Shown here: positions 63,132 through 64,000 of the stretch, one piece after another
Position numbering within the stretch: the first letter of the stretch is position 1
How the letters are laid out: each line of letters opens with the position of its first letter
Source of the DNA: Euprymna scolopes
Taxonomy: Eukaryota
DNA length: 64,000 nucleotides
Strand: one strand, 5' to 3'
NCBI GenBank assembly: GCA_053919585.1
Contig: CM132785.1
Notes under the pieces: generated by a model
The model's database searches: none
What the model was told of the DNA's origin: nothing
What the model saw: only the letters and a program-made list of their open reading frames with translations
Made by a program: the position numbers and the translations under genes

Positions 63132-63766
63132 AAACTTTTAAAATAGGATATATATATATAGTCAAACTTTTTCAAAAGTATATATAATATAGTCAAACTT
63201 TTTTTTCTATCTTATTACTATTACAAAATATTTTTTTAAGAATCTTAGTTTATAGTTGATTTTTAACTTTAAATATAAGTTTTTTTACGGATTTAAAAGC
63301 GTTTATGTTATATTCTAACTTGTATATTTGAAGTTTTACTTACTGATTATAATTTTTTGTCAATCTCCTAATTCTTATTTAAAGTATCGGTAAACACTTC
63401 GAAACATTGCTCGTCTATCACAATTCTAACTTCTATCTGGTGCTTTTATTATAATAAAATGTTTAAGGACACAGATTCTTCTAATTAAATTGCATAAACA
63501 TACAAATATTCTGAACCTATTTTTACAGTAAAACTATTATCAACTACGGCTTATTAAAACAAATATACATAATACAACATGCAGAAGCTGACCTCCTGTT
63601 CCTCCTTTCCAAACATCTAATGTGCATCGGGCCTGTTGAATATCATCGTCAAGTTCTGACATACCGGCAGCAACACATTCGTTTATGATTTCCGCCAATT
63701 CTGTTTTACTTCTCTGCGTCAACGCTAGATTCAAACGTCCTCGAAGATTATCAGGCGATTTTTTCC
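221..63766 (-). CDS. Giant multi-exon gene (partial, both ends outside window) encoding a tandem ~58-aa helical-repeat protein; 76 exons, about 4,420 codons in window
   Basis: 76 segments bounded by AG acceptor and GT donor, all phase 1-1, lengths 123-186 nt and all divisible by 3, stop-free when spliced. 75 encode the same repeat (LR..L..A...kD...Le..I.EC..ag.PEL..d...AR..L..L.GG.G). The short ORFs in the track are these exons extended into introns. Confidence 0.9.
583..756 (-). CDS. Array copy 1 exon, type A, 174 nt (not in ORF track)
   Basis: aacag|GA ACG...GGA G|gttag; GTTNVGSVRAKLTEAMRKQDKSLLEKVITESVSAGIPELDADIDKARKLLDILRGGSG. Confidence 0.88.
894..1073 (-). CDS. Array copy 1 exon, type B, 180 nt
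   Basis: gtcag|AA ATG...G|gttag; EMPKKSVRELRDELEKASDSKD...EGAERAALPELSSVLRKAREALQQLGGGLG. Confidence 0.88.
1198..1374 (-). CDS. Array copy 1 exon, type A, 177 nt (not in ORF track on this strand)
   Basis: ttgtag|GT ACT...ATA GGA G|gtggg; GTLTADALREKLRTTMRVGDKDSLENVISECVAAGMPELDSVIQEARRNLSPIGYARIG. Confidence 0.85.
1784..1957 (-). CDS. Array copy 1 exon, type B, 174 nt
   Basis: gtcag|AT GTG...G|gtcag; DVKSADTLRDQLTMAIRQKDIKALDKAIAEAEVARYPEIASDLRKARDSLESLGGGRG. Confidence 0.88.
2088..2261 (-). CDS. Array copy 1 exon, type A, 174 nt
   Basis: gttag|GA AGT...G|gttag; GSKSVDGLRSKLGEAMKAKDRIILDKVISECVSVGMPELETDIQKARSLADILRGGTG. Confidence 0.88.
2383..2562 (-). CDS. Array copy 1 exon, type B, 180 nt
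   Basis: aacag|AA AGC...G|gttag; ESVTVSPENVRDKIKKAIVSKD...EAEEAAFPEVSSDLRKARDTLESLGGGRG. Confidence 0.88.
2753..2929 (-). CDS. Array copy 1 exon, type A, 177 nt
   Basis: aatag|GA ATA...AGA G|gtggg; GILSPEILLAKLRRASQDGD...ECVSAGMPVLDSAVQQARQLVDDLEEMPRR. Confidence 0.85.
3305..6013 (-). CDS. Array copy 2: 8 exons (3305-3478, 3667-3840, 3978-4157, 4282-4458, 4868-5041, 5172-5345, 5467-5646, 5837-6013)
   Basis: Copy 1 exons shifted by +3084 with identical splice sites. Confidence 0.87.
6389..9097 (-). CDS. Array copy 3: 8 exons (6389-6562, 6751-6924, 7062-7241, 7366-7542, 7952-8125, 8256-8429, 8551-8730, 8921-9097)
   Basis: Copy 1 exons shifted by +6168 with identical splice sites. Confidence 0.87.
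9473..11814 (-). CDS. Array copy 4 (partial): 7 exons (9473-9646, 9835-10008, 10146-10325, 10450-10626, 11036-11209, 11340-11513, 11635-11814)
   Basis: Copy 1 exons shifted by +9252. The boundary exon 11635-11814 has extra substitutions (KLKKAIAS versus KIKKAIVS). Confidence 0.87.
12301..12474 (-). CDS. Repeat exon, type B with A-like end, 174 nt
   Basis: cccag|AA CTC...GAA G|gtgag; ELKSAETLREELMKAMRLND...ECDAVCYPELSSDIHEAKMNILFLDGQDE. Confidence 0.85.
13187..13292. repeat. Inverted repeat, about 39-bp arms, next to (TA)n(TG)n
   Basis: tagttagttagttataaaatatatatgacgattaagcta versus tagcttaatcgccatatatatttcataactaactaacta. Confidence 0.75.
13762..13935 (-). CDS. Repeat exon, type A, 174 nt (not in ORF track on this strand)
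   Basis: aatag|GG ACC...G|gttag; GTKTPEELRTKLRNAMEKRDKKLLIKVISECVAAGIPELEPDIAEARRLVNILRGGTG. Confidence 0.88.
15074..15253 (-). CDS. Repeat exon, type B, 180 nt
   Basis: gtcag|AA TCT...G|gttag; ESSTITLGMLEDALERAISERD...EGAERAAFPELNWRLQNARDALYSLGGGRG. Confidence 0.87.
16080..16256 (-). CDS. Repeat exon, type A, 177 nt
   Basis: tccag|GT ACA...GGA G|gtgcg; GTLVPDTLSAKLKDAMTKGDKDNLQSVLYECVAAGMPELDTDIKKARGALIGMEYSTAG. Confidence 0.85.
16823..16996 (-). CDS. Repeat exon, type B, 174 nt
   Basis: attag|AT CTA...G|gtttg; DLKPPDILRDQLTMAIRQKDIKVLDKAITEAESSRYPELAADLRKARDTLEKLGGGRG. Confidence 0.87.
17655..17828 (-). CDS. Repeat exon, type A, 174 nt
   Basis: atcag|GT TCA...G|gttag; GSKTSESLRENLKEAIKTKDRIVLDKAISECVSAGMPELDADIQKARSVADILRGGTG. 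Confidence 0.88.
18350..18529 (-). CDS. Repeat exon, type B, 180 nt
   Basis: gttag|AA ACT...G|gttag; ETIHLDPECLRDKLKKAMKSRD...EAEKSALPELGSDLRKARDTLEKLGGGRG. Confidence 0.88.
18588..18670. repeat. (CA)n then (TA)n microsatellite (one of many intronic microsatellites)
   Basis: Seen directly. Other long (TA)n runs occur near 12188, 13291, 20126, 21234, 25121, 29875, 34196, 35379, 38881, 41595, 58003 and 63069. Confidence 0.95.
19386..19508 (-). CDS. Unique acidic linker exon, 123 nt (not in ORF track)
   Basis: tttttgttag|GG ATA...TAT G|gttag, phase 1-1, stop-free; GISSPFDDILGEPDFQLIDDEELTEDDRQIDREVEERDLKY (16 of 41 residues are D/E). Confidence 0.8.
19630..20126 (+). mobile_element. Degenerate 3' fragment of an RTE-like LINE
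   Basis: Translates to ...QLC*TCHILRMQEEIIPKILMYSQLDSDHRAVGRP (post-RT WxGHxxRM...PK...GRP motif), then a C2H2-like CTICGLLCRSFSGLKCHLRLTH at about 20000-20065, ending in (TA)n. Confidence 0.7.
20560..20733 (-). CDS. Repeat exon, type A, 174 nt
   Basis: gatag|GA ACC...GAA G|gtgag; GTKTPEYLRDRLTDALMHRD...ECVALGFPELEPLIEMARKVLESMEYDDE. Confidence 0.87.
21615..21788 (-). CDS. Repeat exon, type B, 174 nt
   Basis: tttag|AT ATA...G|gtcag; DIRSPEFLREQLKLAMKQKN...ECEAAGYLELSSRLQKARETLEGLVGSYG. Confidence 0.87.
21963..22136 (-). CDS. Repeat exon, type A, 174 nt
   Basis: gatag|GA TTT...G|gttag; GFKTSIILQDKLKKAMRRKD...ECVAAGMPELDDDIQEAREILDILKGGTG. Confidence 0.88.
22933..24226 (+). mobile_element. 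Defective Tc1-family DNA transposon with long TIRs
   Basis: Left end gtctgcacttgtaatttt...cctcatttgattcgcctttt is the reverse complement of about 24090-24211. HTH-like remnant near 23270-23375. Right flank is (TA)n. Left end is in an N gap. Confidence 0.88.
23682..24080 (+). pseudogene. Tc1 DD34E transposase catalytic fragment
   Basis: FSDE, GGGVLVWG, MQDNAPIH, WPAQSPDLNPIENVW; 34 residues between the second D and E. Upstream is frameshifted and the C-terminus is cut directly into the TIR. Confidence 0.88.
24258..25121. mobile_element. Second, non-coding relative of the same Tc1 family, in tandem with the first
   Basis: Begins aggcggcaaaacgtgcggac after (TA)n. About 24888-25121 is a diverged reverse complement of 22933-23161 and ends ...ggtgccac(TA)n. 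Confidence 0.72.
25640..25813 (-). CDS. Repeat exon, type B, 174 nt (not in ORF track)
   Basis: tgtag|GA CCG...G|gttag; GPRTTSTLRDKLKAAMKQKDISSLRMVIEECEISAYPELGKDLRKARDALENLGGGRG. Confidence 0.88.
26411..26584 (-). CDS. Repeat exon, type A, 174 nt
   Basis: attag|GA GTA...GAA G|gtttg; GVKTPEKLLAKLKRAIKREE...ECVASGFPELNSEIEKAREILKEMEDNPE. Confidence 0.86.
26707..27855 (+). mobile_element. Degenerate Tc1/mariner-superfamily element
   Basis: TA-flanked imperfect TIRs CAGAGTAATCCAAAACTAGGTGGACAGTA and (reverse complement) CAGGGTGGTCCAAAAATAAGTGAACAGTA. Internal remnant DLNRFFFLWGY resembles the SPDLxPxDFFLWGY transposase motif. Confidence 0.7.
28282..28455 (-). CDS. Repeat exon, type B, 174 nt
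   Basis: atcag|AC CTG...G|gttag; DLKCPEDLRSQLQTAIKERD...ECEVANYPELGDHLGQARDVLEEMGEGRG. Confidence 0.88.
28939..29112 (-). CDS. Repeat exon, type A, 174 nt (not in ORF track)
   Basis: cccag|GG AAA...G|gttaa; GKKDVNSLLNKLIKAMERKDKSVLESTINECIAAGLPELDFEIQQSRNILHKLNGGIG. Confidence 0.87.
29461..29833. repeat. 107-bp inverted repeat (29461-29567 and 29727-29833), 2 mismatches
   Basis: Direct reverse-complement comparison. Confidence 0.9.
30498..30671 (-). CDS. Repeat exon, type B, 174 nt (not in ORF track)
   Basis: accag|GA CCG...G|gttag; GPSHLDLLQEKLSTAVKLKDKSELKKAILECEEAELPELCEQLGLARDTLESLGGGRG. Confidence 0.88.
31316..31489 (-). CDS. Repeat exon, type A, 174 nt
   Basis: gtcag|GG TCA...AAA G|gtgcg; GSKTPDSLLGQLMKASRQKD...ESAASGFPELDNQIQKARDLLKTLPETDK. 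Confidence 0.86.
31846..32019 (-). CDS. Repeat exon, type B, 174 nt
   Basis: attag|AT ATC...G|gtcag; DIKPPDVLRNQLKEAIDKKE...ECETVNYPELSTELRKARDVLLALGGGRG. Confidence 0.88.
32243..32316. repeat. (TAC)n/(AAT)n trinucleotide microsatellite
   Basis: Seen directly. Confidence 0.9.
32913..33086 (-). CDS. Repeat exon, type A, 174 nt (not in ORF track)
   Basis: attag|GT ACG...G|gttag; GTKKAEDLLTKLQKAVDSQNKISLERVINECVAAGMPELDFEIQKAREVLNVLNGGTG. Confidence 0.88.
33591..33776 (-). CDS. Repeat exon, type B, 186 nt
   Basis: gtcag|AC TCT...G|gttag; DSNAASQSTISLRDKINAAIRHKD...ECEAAEYPELSPNLRKARDTLDELGGGRG. Confidence 0.85.
34266..34870 (+). mobile_element. Non-autonomous Helitron/Helentron-like (HINE/DINE-type) element
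   Basis: 5' CTAG followed by a short hairpin (acccgtcgttgactgggt), an internal ~135-bp tandem duplication (ccccataattttattataccata...ccattctatggagg), and a 3' end cagacacacaca...ctttatatata, all within TA repeats. Confidence 0.5.
35438..36100 (+). mobile_element. Dispersed MITE-like repeat with internal inverted repeat; second copy in opposite orientation at about 57100-57999
   Basis: 35440-35570 matches 57669-57795. 35910-36075 is the reverse complement of 57105-57270. Confidence 0.7.
36398..36571 (-). CDS. Repeat exon, type A (divergent), 174 nt (not in ORF track)
   Basis: cttag|AA ACT...CCA G|gttgg; ETKKPDPLIEELRRAIAQRQKPKLEKVLDRCVATGLPQLDQYIKAARKSLTSLPDERP. Confidence 0.85.
36725..37201. 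repeat. About 84-bp inverted repeat (36725-36808 and 37117-37201)
   Basis: atattgatattcctac...ctcatgtccatagta versus tactatggacatgag...taggaatatcaatat. Confidence 0.88.
37401..37574 (-). CDS. Repeat exon, type B, 174 nt (not in ORF track)
   Basis: cgcag|AA ATA...G|gtcag; EIIPAKLLSEQLKRSIQDNNIDHLKKAIEECETASYPELAAQLRVAREKLSSLTGIQG. Confidence 0.87.
38326..38499 (-). CDS. Repeat exon, type A, 174 nt
   Basis: actag|GC ACA...G|gtcag; GTKSVTSLGKNLKKAVDKKD...EAVSAGLPELADDIHEARKTLNLLQGGTG. Confidence 0.87.
39216..39389 (-). CDS. Repeat exon, type B, 174 nt
   Basis: gttag|GT GCC...G|gtcag; GAKDPMHLRYKIKRAIGLKS...ECEEAGYPELVDDLQRARDTLEHLSGVRG. Confidence 0.87.
40087..40804. repeat. 54-bp direct repeat (40087-40140 and 40751-40804), 1 mismatch
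   Basis: agaacgatact[t/a]gtctttttacgctttcattttaacacacaggaggttaaacat occurs twice. Confidence 0.88.
40834..41007 (-). CDS. Repeat exon, type A, 174 nt (not in ORF track)
   Basis: gttag|GA TCG...CAA G|gttgg; GSKTPSTLLGKLNRSIRRKDKDAIERVISECVAAGFSELDSDVQRARDALKQLERESQ. Confidence 0.86.
42203..42376 (-). CDS. Repeat exon, type B, 174 nt (not in ORF track)
   Basis: ctcag|AA TAT...G|gttag; EYKSPEELRIKLKSARKEGDLAVLQKAVKECEEAAYPELSYDLVKARDTIETLNGERG. Confidence 0.87.
43168..43341 (-). CDS. Repeat exon, type A, 174 nt (not in ORF track)
   Basis: tttag|GA TTT...AAA G|gttag; GFRSASSYVDSLNRHINEKDKSSLQKAINECIAAGMPELDSEIKKARAALRSLTGDTK. Confidence 0.87.
43807..43980 (-). CDS. Repeat exon, type B, 174 nt (tandem CAGCAG acceptor)
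   Basis: cagcag|AA GAG...G|gttag; EEKTPAKLREELKKCTRDADKDGLERVIAECEAAACPELAFDLRKARHALNSLGGGQG. Confidence 0.86.
44136..44309 (-). CDS. Repeat exon, type A, 174 nt (not in ORF track)
   Basis: attag|GA TCA...GAA G|gttcg; GSISPDLLRMKLTQAIRRKNPKYLERMINECVASGFPELQDNIQEARDALQSFQEGEE. Confidence 0.83.
44698..44871 (-). CDS. Repeat exon, type B, 174 nt
   Basis: ggcag|AG CTG...G|gttag; ELTSAVALRERLQSAIDKGD...ECETFAYPELSEDLCKARETLEVLGGGRG. Confidence 0.88.
45658..45831 (-). CDS. Repeat exon, type A, 174 nt (not in ORF track)
   Basis: atcag|GA ACT...G|gttag; GTKTEDSLKEKLAQAMKKRDKRNLEQVINECVSAGLGELDSDIDQARNILDQVKGGKG. Confidence 0.88.
46662..46835 (-). CDS. Repeat exon, type B, 174 nt (not in ORF track on this strand)
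   Basis: tctag|AT TTG...G|gttag; DLITPESLRARLRKSVKKQDKSDLEKAIRECEAASLPELSYALREARAALKHLGGGNG. Confidence 0.88.
47717..47899 (-). CDS. Repeat exon, type A, 183 nt
   Basis: cctag|GA TCA...GAA G|gttgg; GSLSADTLLGKLKRAIRRKN...ECVASGFPELSPEIQEARHILKELEVLEDEKE. Confidence 0.85.
48273..48446 (-). CDS. Repeat exon, type B, 174 nt (not in ORF track)
   Basis: cttag|AA GCA...CAA G|gttag; EAKSPEELRKQLQEATQSKDRAALEKAIRECETAKFPELGSDLAKARDSLEILGGDRQ. Confidence 0.87.
49885..50058 (-). CDS. Repeat exon, type A, 174 nt (not in ORF track on this strand)
   Basis: gtcag|GA TCA...AAA G|gttag; GSEFIEPLREKLQSASETKDKSALQEAINKSLALGLPELDADILQAKELLKELGDLPK. Confidence 0.86.
50187..50351 (-). CDS. Repeat exon, type B, 165 nt (shifted acceptor; not in ORF track in this frame)
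   Basis: tttttttctgtatctaaag|GA CTC...G|gttag; GLDQLRDQLRKATRSKDISLLKKAIEDAEKICIPELGSDVRKAREALEKLGGDRG. Confidence 0.78.
50949..51022. repeat. (ATT)n microsatellite
   Basis: Seen directly. Confidence 0.93.
51513..51686 (-). CDS. Repeat exon, type A, 174 nt (not in ORF track on this strand)
   Basis: ctcag|GA ATA...GAA G|gttgg; GIKTPGALIEKLKRAMRRKDMRNLEKVINECVSAGMPELDEEISRARELLEELGKTPE. Confidence 0.86.
52237..52410 (-). CDS. Repeat exon, type B, 174 nt
   Basis: cttag|GC TCT...G|gttag; GSKTPDVIRARLNTAIALKD...DCEEAAYPELGTDLRKARDILEALGGGRG. Confidence 0.88.
53638..53811 (-). CDS. Repeat exon, type A, 174 nt
   Basis: attag|GA CAT...G|gttag; GHKSAEELRGKLQVAITQRN...ECVAAGFPELDSDINHARDVLFMLGGGRG. 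Confidence 0.88.
54876..55049 (-). CDS. Repeat exon, type B, 174 nt
   Basis: tttag|AA ACA...G|gttag; ETQSPDSLRKKLKLAVTGQD...ECEVAGYPELGSELRRARSILEHLGGGVG. Confidence 0.88.
56037..56210 (-). CDS. Repeat exon, type A, 174 nt
   Basis: gacag|GA TTT...G|gttag; GFKNPDSLRGKLKLAVRWKD...ECVASGFPELDTEVHKARDVLDILGGGQG. Confidence 0.88.
57100..57999 (-). mobile_element. Second copy of the MITE-like repeat, with a ~125-bp inverted repeat (57669-57795 and 57870-57999) and an inserted perfect 43-bp-arm hairpin (57353-57465)
   Basis: Reverse-complement comparison within the element and with 35438-36100. Confidence 0.7.
58085..58159 (-). ncRNA. Type I hammerhead ribozyme (inverted pLTR copy, sense to host gene)
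   Basis: Exact reverse complement of the motif at 60954-61028. Confidence 0.8.
58628..60220 (+). CDS. Penelope-like RT plus GIY-YIG endonuclease, N-terminally truncated, 530 aa open frame
   Basis: RT motifs QLDIVDFYPSI, AMGAYDSADICDLVG, LYRDDGL, VDFLD; RKRKIIWFLPPFS; CSCRTKNSCPLEGNC linker; LVYEATV...IYIGMTKGQFKQRYYAH endonuclease; C-terminal CSLCNAEK...LNVRSE...CIH. Confidence 0.92.
   Translation: MFITLKDHKENFNNRPTCRLINPAKSEIGLASKSILREIVKEIKRKSNLNLWADTSAVLDWFKNITEPHKCKFTQLDIVDFYPSITKEILEKSLIFASKYRKISELDKETIMQARQTLLFFDDKTWVKKSNPEDPFDVAMGAYDSADICDLVGLFLLETMKYKFPDHFFGLYRDDGLCLSRDYNGCALDRLRKDLTEFFKELGFKIIIHTNLDRVDFLDATLDLEKKIHKPFHKLNEKLMYINKGSCHPPTVFKNMVANISQRISRLSSNAEVFEKAAPYYNDALHQSGFNENIKFQQTQNKENIKRKRKRKIIWFLPPFSLNTKTRVGHCFLSLLDKHFPRTHRLHKLFNRNTVKVSYSTAPSIKSIISKEPKKIDNAGCSCRTKNSCPLEGNCKAESLVYEATVTEQSTNIPEIYIGMTKGQFKQRYYAHMSSFRAKTRMNTALATRVWELKEKNTPFSIKWRKIEHRPAYVPELSQCSLCNAEKYYILRSIHDPKIKCLNVRSEALKSCIHRRKGLLINWINEKNNT
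60954..61028 (+). ncRNA. Type I hammerhead ribozyme in the Penelope pLTR
   Basis: Stem I attgg/ccaat; CTGAAGA at 60960-60966; stem II gagctcgataa/ttatcgggctt; GAAA at 61010-61013; short stem III ccgacgg; GTA cleavage triplet ending at 61022. Confidence 0.82.
61473..61646 (-). CDS. Repeat exon, type B, 174 nt
   Basis: actag|CG CCG...G|gttag; APKIPDTLREQLKTAMKEKD...QCEAAAFPELGSDLREAREVLQHLGGGRG. Confidence 0.88.
62068..62238 (-). CDS. Repeat exon, type A, 171 nt (not in ORF track)
   Basis: atcag|GT CAG...CTT G|gtaaa; GQKTAESLRKTLTATVNRKDKEAISSAITECVASGFLELETDVTKARDVMTKLTDRL. Confidence 0.83.
62488..62661 (-). CDS. Repeat exon, type B, 174 nt
   Basis: ttcag|TT GTT...G|gtcag; VVDSPENLRDQLRVSVRRKS...ECEVAGYPELGSEMTRARETLKRLSGSRG. 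Confidence 0.87.
63593..63766 (-). CDS. Repeat exon, type A, 174 nt (most 5' exon in window)
   Basis: attag|GG AAA...G|gtcag; GKKSPDNLRGRLNLALTQRS...ECVAAGMSELDDDIQQARCTLDVWKGGTG. Confidence 0.87.
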
Positions 63767-63837
63767 CTAATAAATCAAGTCAACGGATAAAATACATGAC
63801 TAGCGGAACACAAAGCAATATTTGTGAACAGGACAGA

Positions 63838-63860
63838 AATAATAATAATAATTAATTATG

Positions 63861-63893
<33 letters not shown>

Positions 63894-63903
63894 GTAGTAG
63901 TAG

Positions 63904-63947
<44 letters not shown>
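63838..63947. repeat. (AAT)n/(TAG)n compound microsatellite
   Basis: Seen directly. Confidence 0.92.
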
Positions 63948-64000
63948 ACAATCGAAAATATGGGAGATGCTTTGTCACCTGGATTCCAAGGAATATCACA

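Noticed and set aside
216-63734. Treating the many 60-120 aa minus-strand ORFs as separate small genes, some with hydrophobic signal-like N-termini
   Set aside because: Those N-termini are translated polypyrimidine or intron sequence upstream of AG acceptors, and the stops are the TAG of GTTAG donors. Homology starts and ends exactly at the splice sites.

Overview
AT-rich, microsatellite-rich, gapped eukaryotic (invertebrate-like) DNA. The whole window is the interior of one giant minus-strand gene. I mapped 76 AG...GT-bounded exons, all phase 1-1 and all a multiple of 3 long (mostly 174 nt). Spliced together they give about 13,266 nt (about 4,420 codons) of open frame, with no start or terminal exon in view. 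75 exons each encode one ~58-aa, probably three-helix repeat (consensus roughly G/D.KsPe.LR.kL..A...kD...Le..I.ECe/v.ag.PEL..di/l..AR..L..LgGg.G), and one encodes a unique acidic linker. The repeats alternate between type A (ECVxxGxPELDxDI) and type B (ECExAxYPELxxDL), with a 4-exon super-period. At 1-11832 they form a >99% identical 3084-bp, 8-exon tandem array (3.8 copies, continuing off the left edge). Donor sites are strikingly non-consensus, mostly G|GTTAG, which reads Gly-STOP if the intron is retained. Introns carry Tc1/mariner elements, an RTE LINE remnant, a Helitron-like element, MITE-like hairpins, and a Naiad-like Penelope retroelement with inverted pseudo-LTRs and intact hammerhead ribozymes, one of them sense to the host pre-mRNA. 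I do not recognise the protein.
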